Below, piece after piece: positions 56,549 to 64,000 of a stretch of DNA of 64,000 nucleotides. This stretch comes from an uncultured Verrucomicrobiales bacterium. Its GTDB lineage: Bacteria; Verrucomicrobiota; Verrucomicrobiia; Verrucomicrobiales; Akkermansiaceae. The notes beneath the pieces were generated by a model. That model was not told where the DNA came from. It did not search any database and saw only the letters and a program-made list of their open reading frames with translations. How positions within the stretch are numbered: the stretch's first letter is position 1; every line of letters starts with the position of its first letter. The stretch spans positions 30,710 to 94,709 of the forward strand of contig CALABM010000065.1 in the NCBI GenBank assembly GCA_937885815.1, given 5' to 3'. The position numbers and the translations under genes are program-made.

Positions 56549-56585
56549 GGGCCGCACACATGAAGCTGTGCGGCCCGCTTTTTTT
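56549..56585 (+). terminator. rho-independent terminator of the SSS gene
   Basis: Stem GGGCCGCACA/TGTGCGGCCC followed by GCTTTTTTT. Confidence 0.75.
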
Positions 56586-56587
56586 GC

Positions 56588-56617
56588 TTGCGCAGCTCTT
56601 GTTCCGCGTGATAGAAT
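56588..56617 (+). promoter_or_regulatory. sigma-70-like promoter TTGCGC-18-TAGAAT, 6 nt before ATG 56624
   Basis: Read by eye. The A of the ATG falls at the expected +1. Confidence 0.35.
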
Positions 56618-56623
56618 ACGCAC

Positions 56624-57892
56624 ATGAAAAGAACCCTCATTACCTGTGTGGCAATGGCCCTGATGAGTGGGCTGGCCTTGGCTGGCAACATTACTCCGGG
56701 CGTACGCAGTGGCGATATCTGGACGAAGAAACGCGACCAAATGGCAAATGCCGGTTTCAATGGAGTACGCTATGCCCCTATTGATGATAACAGCATTCGA
56801 GTGCCTAGAAATGGCGGTCTGCAACTTGATGGTCTCGAGCTGGGTGAAACCATCGTCACATGGAATGCAGAGGGAATCCTCTCTAATATGGTGACCATGC
56901 TTTACAATAAAGGTGATGATGGAGCCATAAGTCAGGAAGAATACACTAAGCTGCTCCAGAACACCATTAAGGCGCTGAATGAACTGACAGGCGTGGACGG
57001 CAAGACCCGCCGCAGCTCACAGCGTGAAGCCGGAGTGGCTCTCAAAATATGGGTATGGGAATGGGATGGAGGCGTCATTCGCCTAGAGGCCTCCTATTCA
57101 GGTGGTTCCCGCAGAACTACGTTTGAAGCAGAGTTCATCCGCCTGCGTATGGGCGCCTCTCAGGAGGCTGTTACTGCCGGCGGTGCCTCCAATGCTGCTA
57201 ACCGCAGAGAGCTTCGCACCAATGTGAAGCGTGACGAGGAAAGCGGAGACGTGTGGATTGATGGCGTGAACATGGTGGACCAGGGTGATAAAGGCTACTG
57301 CGTGCCTGCCACCGTGGCCCGTGTGTTCGCTTACTATGGGATGGATGGTGTAGACCAGCACGCCCTCGCTCAGCTTTGTGACAGCTCTGCCGAAGGTGGC
57401 ACCTCCACAGCAGCCATGCAAACGGCGCTGGAATCCATCAGCCGTCGCTTCCATATCCGTATACAGAGCCTCGATGGCCGCACCGCAACAGAATCCATCA
57501 TGTCTCTCATCGAGGATTACAACAAAGCCGCTCGCAGATTGCGCCGTCCGATGGCCACCCCGCAGAACTGGATTGAGGTAGCCCGTGACCGCGAGGTCCT
57601 TCTGGCCGCACGCGGAAGCAAGCGAGCCGTTCGCCGCTGGTTCAGTGCCATGAAGAAGAGCATTGATGCCGGCATTCCTGTACTGTGGAGCGTAGAGCTT
57701 GGTATTTTCCCGGAAGCCGGCATTCCGCAGGCCTCCGGTGGCCACATGCGCATGATTATCGGTTACAATGAGGAATCTGAAACCATTTATTACAGCGATT
57801 CTTGGGGTGCAGGGCATGAGCGCAAATCCATGCCGATGAATCAGGCCTCCGCCATCACCCGCAATCGTTACATTCTGCGCCCCTCCAGATAA
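56624..57892 (+). CDS. exported protein with C-terminal papain-fold (C39-like) cysteine peptidase-like domain
   Basis: 422 aa with a signal peptide. Candidate Cys/His dyad contexts DKGYCVPATVARVFAYYG and GGHMRMIIGYN...YYSDSWG. Confidence 0.5.
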   Translation: MKRTLITCVAMALMSGLALAGNITPGVRSGDIWTKKRDQMANAGFNGVRYAPIDDNSIRVPRNGGLQLDGLELGETIVTWNAEGILSNMVTMLYNKGDDGAISQEEYTKLLQNTIKALNELTGVDGKTRRSSQREAGVALKIWVWEWDGGVIRLEASYSGGSRRTTFEAEFIRLRMGASQEAVTAGGASNAANRRELRTNVKRDEESGDVWIDGVNMVDQGDKGYCVPATVARVFAYYGMDGVDQHALAQLCDSSAEGGTSTAAMQTALESISRRFHIRIQSLDGRTATESIMSLIEDYNKAARRLRRPMATPQNWIEVARDREVLLAARGSKRAVRRWFSAMKKSIDAGIPVLWSVELGIFPEAGIPQASGGHMRMIIGYNEESETIYYSDSWGAGHERKSMPMNQASAITRNRYILRPSR

Positions 57893-57925
57893 ACGAAGCG
57901 CATATCCTCCCTTAATATTATAAAG

Positions 57926-57965
57926 CGCCATGCTGCAGCACCTTGCAGCATGGCGTTCTGCTTTT
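57926..57965 (+). terminator. rho-independent terminator
   Basis: 12-bp stem CGCCATGCTGCA/TGCAGCATGGCG followed by TTCTGCTTTT. Confidence 0.6.
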
Positions 57966-58002
57966 CATACAATTACTGAACAGCGAATTTATATATTCCC
58001 GT

Positions 58003-58036
58003 AAAAAAGCCGCCTGATGAATGCTCACCAGGCGGC
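58003..58036 (-). terminator. rho-independent terminator of the RND operon
   Basis: Minus strand reads GCCGCCUG-(12 nt)-CAGGCGGC followed by a U6 run. Confidence 0.7.
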
Positions 58037-58061
58037 CATGAGTTTTACCGGAAAGTCATTA

Positions 58062-61000
58062 TCAGGCTTTCTTCGCGGGCTTATCCACGCCAATGGTGCG
58101 GGCTGTCCAGTCACGCATACGAGCGAAAATGGAGTACAGACCGGGCACAAGGAAGATACCGAAAAGCGTAGCCAAAAGCATACCGAAGAAGGTGGTAACA
58201 CCAATTTCCTGACGGCTGGCAGCACCGGAGCCGGTAGCGACCACCATGGGGAATACACCGAAAAGGAAGGAAATGGCAGTCATGAGCACAGCGCGGAATC
58301 GCATACTGGCGCCATTCAGAGCCGCCACCTGCACGGTGTTGCCTGCAGCGTGGTCCTCCTTACTGAACTCCACCATGAGAATGGCGTTCTTGGCTGCAAG
58401 ACCGATAAGCATCAGAATACCCAGCTGCACGTAGATGGAGAGCGTAAGGCCGAAGACCTGCGCACCCATGAAAGCACCCAGAGTAGCTACGGATACAGAG
58501 AGCATCACGGGAACCGGAGTGGTCCAGCTTTCATACTGAGCCACGAGGAAGAGATAAGCGAAGAGCATGGCCAAGCCGATGAGCAGACCAACCTTGCCAT
58601 CATTCTGACGCTCCTGATAGGAGAGGTCCTTCCATTCTACTGACCACTGGCGGCCGGTATTGTTGTTACGCTCTTCCATATTAACTTCAGCAATAGTCTT
58701 CTCAATCAGAGACATCACCTGGCCGGAGCCTACACCGGGAGCGGGCATGACGGTTACATCCGCGCTCATGTACTGATTGAAACGGCCGTAGTTAGACGGG
58801 CCAAGGCGGTAGGAGAGCGTACATACGGCAGAAAGCGGCACCATCTCACCATGTGCATTACGCACCATCTGGTTCATGATGTCATCAGCCGTACGGCGAT
58901 CACGCACATCACCCTGAATCTTAACCTTGAAGTTGAAGCCGTTCAGAGTGAAGTCATTCACATAAGAGGAAGCCAGCACGGTCTGGAGCGTATTGAAGAT
59001 GCTCTTCACGTCCACATTGAGGGCCTGAGCCTTTTCACGGTTGATTTCGAGGCGAATCTGCGGGGTCTCAGCATTGAACTCGGAGCGAACCATGGAGATA
59101 AGCTCCTGATGAGACTGAAGACGCGCCGTGATTTCCTTGACCATGTTACCGAGGTCAGCAGGAGTGGCACTGCCGCGGCCTTCCAGCACCATGGATACAC
59201 CGCCATACAAGCCAAGGCCCTGAATGGCAGGGGGCGTGGTGGCCATCACAGAGGCCTCCGGAATATCCGCACAGGCAGCATTAATCTTCTGAGCCAAAGC
59301 TGAGGCGTGCAAATCAGGAGAGGTACGCTCGCTCCAAGGCTTAAGCATGACGATAACCATACCGTTACCCTCACCGGAACCGGAAGCAAAGCTGAAACCA
59401 CTGGTGGAGGTCACCATTTCAATACCTTCAAACCTTCCGATGCGCTCTTCAATCTGGCGCATCACCCTATCCGTACGCTGCTTGGCGGTAGCGGAGCCTT
59501 CAAGGTTCACGATACAGAAGACGGCGCCCTTATCCTCAGTGGGGATGAAGGAGCTGTTCAGCATCTCGGGAGCAATAAGACTGAGGAGGTCAAACTGGCT
59601 CTTAGCGGCAGACTTGCCACCACCGGCGGGGGCAGCAGCAGCCTGCGGCGCGCCACGCCAGATTTGATTCCACCACTGCGGAGCACCGCTGGTGTAAATG
59701 TAGTTAGCATACAACACTGCAGCCAGAACAATAACGGTGAGCCATGCGTTACGCACCAGAATGCCGGCACCCCACAGATAGAAGGAGCGGCACTTCTCCA
59801 AGAACCAGTTGAAGGGGCGGAACAGCCAGTAGGAAAGAGCACTCTGCTTCACACCTGCCGGGCGCAGAATGAGGGCGCACAGTGCAGGGGAGAGCGTGAG
59901 AGCATTGAAGGTGGAGATACAGAGAGCCACGCACATGGTGACGGAGAACTGGGTGTAAATCACGCCCACCATGCCGCCGTAGAAGGCAATGGGCACGTAC
60001 ACGGCCAGAGTCACCAGCGTGGTGGCGATAATGGCGCCTGTAATCTGCTTCATGCTCTTGATGGTAGCTTCTCTCGGGCTGAGGCCTTCTTCGTGAATAA
60101 TTCGCATCACGTTTTCCACCACCACGATGGCGTCATCCACCAGTGAACCGATAACCAGAATGAGGCCGAACATCGTCAGCACGTTAATGCTGTACCCCAG
60201 CACATACATGAAGGCGAAAGCACCCAGAAGGGATACCGGAATGGCCAGAGTGGGAATCAGCGTAGCGCGCCAATCCTGCAGGAAAATGTAAGTCACCAAC
60301 ACCACGAGGAACAGAGCCAGCACCAGCGTGATGCCGATTTCTTCCATCGTAGCCTGAATAGCCTGAGTGGGGTCATAGCCCATCGTCCATGAGACACCAT
60401 CCGGAAGAAGGGGCTCGATTTCCCGCATCTTTTCCTTCAGGGCATCCACGGTGGCCAGAGCGTTAGCATCATTATTACGCTGAACCATCATACCCACAGC
60501 ATTGCGGCCGTTCAGGCGGCTGTAACCGGAGTTATTCTCTGCGCCCAGCTCAATGGTGGCGATGTCACTCAAGCGGGTAACGTGGCCCTCCTCGCCACGC
60601 TTAACGATGATGTTGCTGAACTCTTCCACCGTGCGGAGGCGGCCTGTGGCCGTCACCTTGTAAGTGGCATAAGCGCCTTCGTCCTGAGAACCTACGGAAC
60701 CGGCTGCCGCCTGAATATTCTGAGCGGCAATGGCGCTGTTCACATCAGCCGGAGTGATATTCAGAGCGTTCATGCGGGTTGTATTCAGCCACACACGCAT
60801 GGAGTAGTTGCGGCTGTGCATGATGTCAGCCACGGATACGCCGTCCACCTGAGTGAGAGGGTCTTTCACGTTCATGCGCAGCCAGTTCGTGAGCTCGAGA
60901 ATATCCATTTTATTCTCATCGCACATGAAGCTCAGGAAGCAGAGCATATCACTGGAACGCTTACGAACGCTGTAGCCAGTGCGCTTAATTTCCTCCGGAA

Positions 61001-61355
61001 GGCGGCTTTCTACCTGCTTAATGGCATTGGAGACGTTCACCATAGCCATGTCGTCATTCGTGCCGGTCTCGAAGATAAGCGTCAGGGAATAGGAGCCATC
61101 ATTCGTACAGGAGGAGTGGAAGTACAGCAGGTCATCCATGCCGATGAGGTTCTCTTCCACGGGGGCGGCCACCACCTGAGCCAACTCCTCAGCACTGGCG
61201 CCCGCGTAATTCATGCGCACCGAAATGGTGGGCGGTGATACTTCCGGGTACTCAGACACGGGCATCATGCTCAGGCAGAGGAAACCTGCCAGCATCATCA
61301 CGATGGATATAACGAAGGCGAACTTGGGTCTGCCGATGAAAAATTGAGAAAACAT
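58062..61355 (-). CDS. RND (HAE1/AcrB-type) efflux transporter permease
   Basis: 1097 aa. Begins MFSQFFIGRPKFAFVISIVMMLAG. 12-TM AcrB architecture with two large periplasmic loops. Confidence 0.92.
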   Translation of the reverse strand: MFSQFFIGRPKFAFVISIVMMLAGFLCLSMMPVSEYPEVSPPTISVRMNYAGASAEELAQVVAAPVEENLIGMDDLLYFHSSCTNDGSYSLTLIFETGTNDDMAMVNVSNAIKQVESRLPEEIKRTGYSVRKRSSDMLCFLSFMCDENKMDILELTNWLRMNVKDPLTQVDGVSVADIMHSRNYSMRVWLNTTRMNALNITPADVNSAIAAQNIQAAAGSVGSQDEGAYATYKVTATGRLRTVEEFSNIIVKRGEEGHVTRLSDIATIELGAENNSGYSRLNGRNAVGMMVQRNNDANALATVDALKEKMREIEPLLPDGVSWTMGYDPTQAIQATMEEIGITLVLALFLVVLVTYIFLQDWRATLIPTLAIPVSLLGAFAFMYVLGYSINVLTMFGLILVIGSLVDDAIVVVENVMRIIHEEGLSPREATIKSMKQITGAIIATTLVTLAVYVPIAFYGGMVGVIYTQFSVTMCVALCISTFNALTLSPALCALILRPAGVKQSALSYWLFRPFNWFLEKCRSFYLWGAGILVRNAWLTVIVLAAVLYANYIYTSGAPQWWNQIWRGAPQAAAAPAGGGKSAAKSQFDLLSLIAPEMLNSSFIPTEDKGAVFCIVNLEGSATAKQRTDRVMRQIEERIGRFEGIEMVTSTSGFSFASGSGEGNGMVIVMLKPWSERTSPDLHASALAQKINAACADIPEASVMATTPPAIQGLGLYGGVSMVLEGRGSATPADLGNMVKEITARLQSHQELISMVRSEFNAETPQIRLEINREKAQALNVDVKSIFNTLQTVLASSYVNDFTLNGFNFKVKIQGDVRDRRTADDIMNQMVRNAHGEMVPLSAVCTLSYRLGPSNYGRFNQYMSADVTVMPAPGVGSGQVMSLIEKTIAEVNMEERNNNTGRQWSVEWKDLSYQERQNDGKVGLLIGLAMLFAYLFLVAQYESWTTPVPVMLSVSVATLGAFMGAQVFGLTLSIYVQLGILMLIGLAAKNAILMVEFSKEDHAAGNTVQVAALNGASMRFRAVLMTAISFLFGVFPMVVATGSGAASRQEIGVTTFFGMLLATLFGIFLVPGLYSIFARMRDWTARTIGVDKPAKKA

Positions 61356-61379
61356 AGTCGTCAGATTGGGTTATTCAGC

Positions 61380-63566
61380 TTATTCGGCGGTGGAAGTTGA
61401 TTCTTCAGCGGAAGGCTTTACAGCCTCCTGAGCGGGAGCAGGGGTAACAGGCGTACCGTCCTCCACCTCAGCCAAGGGGGATATGATGCACTGATCCCCT
61501 TCCTCCAAGCCGGCAAACACAGGCATAAGGCCGTTCTCGTCCACACGGCCACAGAGCACGCGCACCAGCACAGCGCGGTTATGGCGCATGGCGTACACAT
61601 AGCGGCCACTGGTATCCGTGAGCACGGCCTCCGCTGCCACAGCGGGTACGCGGCGGTCTGCCTTGCGGGTAACACGGATGGTCACGATACCACCGGGCTG
61701 CAGAAGAGCGTCTTCATTCTTGAAAACAGCCCAGAAGTTCTGCGTATCCGTGGCCGTCTGAATCACATTATCACTGAAGGCCACGGTGCCGCGCTCATGG
61801 TAGGTGTTACCACTGGCCGTTACCAGCGTAACATCTGCATCTGCCTCCAAACGGTCATCCGTGCCGTAGGTGGAAAGAATGGCATTTTCACTCAGGGAGA
61901 AGCGCACATAAATGGGGCTTATCTGCACCAGAGTGGCAAGGGGCAGCTTCATGTCGGAAACATAGTTACCACGTGAAAAAGCGGCTCGCCCCACACGCCC
62001 GGTAATGGGGGCGCATACCGTACAGCGAGCCAAATCATCCTCAGCCACCACCAGCGCAGCTTGAGCGCTCTTCAGCTGGGCCTTAAGCTCATCCAAAGTG
62101 GCCTTCGCACGCTCCAGCTCAGAGCGGCTTGTTGCATCCGTAGACGCCAGAGCAAGCTGGCGCTCATATTTTCTCTCAGCGTCCCTCAGCTTGACTTCAA
62201 GCTGAGCAATGGCAGCGCGGCGGGCATCCACCACGGCCTGATAACGAGTCGGGTCAATGCTGAAAAGCGGTGCACCCTGCTGAACCACATCACCCTCACG
62301 GAAGGAAGGCTCACCGAGCACGCCCTGAACAAGCGGACGCAAGGCCACGCGATTGATAGCCTCAACACGAGCACCCTGACAGGTAAGCACCGTGGTGTCC
62401 TGTGCCATCACAACCGGGGTCAGCACCACTTCCACCGGGGGAATCTCAGCAGCTGAGCTGCTTTCATCATTCGCTCCCGCATTATTCTGGGCCATCACAG
62501 GCACAACCTTATCACCCACGCGCACCTTGTGGGCGCCGTCCGTGATGATAGTTTCGCCTTCGCTAAGGCCTTCGTACACGGACTGCAGGCGGCCCTGAAT
62601 GGAGCCAACGATTACCTCTTTGCGGGAGACCACGTTCTCGGCATCAACAGCATAAACGTATGCGCCGTCAGAATCATAGTGAACAGCGGTGAGAGGCACC
62701 ATGCAAACCTGCTGCGTATCCGAAAGAGCCACGTGCATAGCACCGATACCACGGGGTGTGAGCTGGTTATCCCTGTTTGAAAACTCTGCCCACAGGGTGT
62801 AAGTATCCGTGGCGGAAGTCAGCATGTTATCCACAATGCTGACTCGGCCGGGATGAGCATACTGACGCCCATTAGCCATGGTGAGGCGTACATCTGCCAC
62901 ATTGCTGATTTCCTGGGGACCGCGGAAAATGCCATTCACATCAGCCTGACTGAGAGGGAAGCGAACATAGATGGGATCCATCTGCTTAATCGTAACCAGA
63001 TTTTCGCCTCGGGTTACATAATTCCCCTGAGAGAAGGAGGCTCGACCTATGCGGCCTGTAATTTCCGCGCGGATGGTGCAATCTTCCAAGTCCTTGCGGG
63101 CGCGCACAAGTTCAGCCTCGGCACCGGCACGGCTGGCACGCAGCTCCTCCAAGCGGGCCTCAGCACTTTCCGTCTCTTCCACGGAAGCAGCCTGACGCTG
63201 AGAGAGACCGGCAAGACGGCGGTGGTTATTCTCAGCATACACGATACGGGCATCAATCTCCTCAAGAGCGGCTTCGGCCTGCTGCACAGCGGCGCGGTAG
63301 CGGGTGGGGTCTATCTCAAACAGAATATCGCCCTCCTGTACTATAGAGCCTTCCTGAAAACGCGGCTCCAACAGGTAACCTTCTACTGCAGAACGAACTG
63401 CAACACTGCGAATGGCCTCCATGTGACCGATGCTCTTGCGAGTAATACGGTCCCTTCCGATTGAAACTGTCTCAACTTGAACGTGTGCTGCCTGTCTGCC
63501 CATCTGAGCCTCCGCAGAGAGAGCAAGAAGCGGCAGCAACACCGCAACTTTTTGAAAAACTTTCAT
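61380..63566 (-). CDS. RND membrane fusion protein, internally duplicated (two complete MFP modules in one polypeptide)
   Basis: 728 aa. Module 1 spans about aa 30-365 and module 2 about aa 375-715. Matched motif pairs are FEIDPTRYRAAV/FSIDPTRYQAVV, ITGRIGRASFSQGNYV/ITGRVGRAAFSRGNYV, DPIYVRFPLSQ/SPIYVRFSLSE and TSATDTYTLWAEF/QTATDTQNFWAVF. Confidence 0.85.
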   Translation of the reverse strand: MKVFQKVAVLLPLLALSAEAQMGRQAAHVQVETVSIGRDRITRKSIGHMEAIRSVAVRSAVEGYLLEPRFQEGSIVQEGDILFEIDPTRYRAAVQQAEAALEEIDARIVYAENNHRRLAGLSQRQAASVEETESAEARLEELRASRAGAEAELVRARKDLEDCTIRAEITGRIGRASFSQGNYVTRGENLVTIKQMDPIYVRFPLSQADVNGIFRGPQEISNVADVRLTMANGRQYAHPGRVSIVDNMLTSATDTYTLWAEFSNRDNQLTPRGIGAMHVALSDTQQVCMVPLTAVHYDSDGAYVYAVDAENVVSRKEVIVGSIQGRLQSVYEGLSEGETIITDGAHKVRVGDKVVPVMAQNNAGANDESSSAAEIPPVEVVLTPVVMAQDTTVLTCQGARVEAINRVALRPLVQGVLGEPSFREGDVVQQGAPLFSIDPTRYQAVVDARRAAIAQLEVKLRDAERKYERQLALASTDATSRSELERAKATLDELKAQLKSAQAALVVAEDDLARCTVCAPITGRVGRAAFSRGNYVSDMKLPLATLVQISPIYVRFSLSENAILSTYGTDDRLEADADVTLVTASGNTYHERGTVAFSDNVIQTATDTQNFWAVFKNEDALLQPGGIVTIRVTRKADRRVPAVAAEAVLTDTSGRYVYAMRHNRAVLVRVLCGRVDENGLMPVFAGLEEGDQCIISPLAEVEDGTPVTPAPAQEAVKPSAEESTSTAE

Positions 63567-63573
63567 GTGGTAT

Positions 63574-63601
63574 ATTTTAGTGAATAATTTACAAAAATCA
63601 A
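63574..63601 (-). promoter_or_regulatory. sigma-70-like promoter TTGATT-16-TAAAAT, 7 nt before ATG 63566
   Basis: Read by eye. Preceded by a T8 run (UP-like). Confidence 0.45.
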
Positions 63602-63650
63602 CTTTTTTTTGGTGAAGATTCAGCCATACGGCAAGATTTTTCTGTTATCC

Positions 63651-64000
63651 TCAACCACCCCGGCAGATGGAGCGCAGACGTCTGGCCGCCACCAGCACAG
63701 GGAAAATCCCCATGAGGAAGAGATAAACGGCGTCACGCCAGATAGTTGGAACCGAGCCGGCGTCCGTTTCCTGATTGATACCGCTGAAAGCGAGGGCCTG
63801 CCTCGGCGCAAGGAAGAAACCACGGTGCTCATTGCGACGGCCGTCCTTACGAGCCGTTTTTACACCTTCGCGCACCACATTGAGGTTTCTGTTTGAGTAA
63901 AAGAACTCCACGGGCTGATCCGTCTCGTTCTCCTCACGCTCCTCGAGCTGAGTTGTCAATCGTTCAAGATACTCTTCGTTACCGCTAAGGGCAGCCTTGC
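63651..64000 (-). CDS. hypothetical protein, C-terminal part (5' end outside window)
   Basis: The frame stays open to the window edge (...KAALSGNEEYLERLTTQLEEREENE...), so the track's TTG start is internal. Coiled-coil segment, then a C-terminal TM helix AVYLFLMGIFPVLVAA. Does not look like an outer-membrane factor. Confidence 0.45.
   Translation of the reverse strand, partial: KAALSGNEEYLERLTTQLEEREENETDQPVEFFYSNRNLNVVREGVKTARKDGRRNEHRGFFLAPRQALAFSGINQETDAGSVPTIWRDAVYLFLMGIFPVLVAARRLRSICRGG

Noticed and set aside
1-64000. Mobile elements, prophage, defence islands, toxin-antitoxin pairs, tRNA/rRNA genes
   Set aside because: No transposase, integrase, phage structural, restriction-modification or Cas-like motifs were seen in any listed ORF. 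No tRNA T-arm (GGTTCGA-type) motifs were spotted. The window reads as core chromosome apart from the items listed as findings.

Overview
64-kb chromosomal window, roughly 55% GC by eye, with about 50 protein-coding genes. Gene content suggests Akkermansia/Verrucomicrobiota (inference only): an OgpA-like O-glycopeptidase, a PEP-CTERM protein with Pmp-type repeats, a GspG-like pseudopilin, sigma-54, and many exported proteins. Most genes are housekeeping: queC-queF-cysS, U32 peptidase, nhaC, a NifS-like desulfurase, comEC, DAHP synthase, a Znu/Mnt-type metal ABC operon, rpoN, recN, dnaG, aroA, rnr, L25, lptF/G, hisBH, tdh, pyrG, an SSS transporter and an RND pump. I found no rRNA, tRNA, CRISPR array, transposase, integrase or prophage module. 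The parts not explained by the ORF track are: (1) the 750-bp blc-tdh intergenic region, which holds two tandem sRNA-like units with a shared promoter motif, plus a structured blc leader resembling a cobalamin-riboswitch core; (2) an untracked 59-aa His-rich lipoprotein gene; (3) a covalently duplicated RND membrane-fusion protein; (4) sigma-70-like -10 boxes sitting 6-11 nt upstream of many start codons, a leaderless geometry; (5) a solitary dynamin-like GTPase; (6) an unknown gene translationally coupled inside the metal ABC operon. All calls come from motif reading and hand translation. No database search was run.
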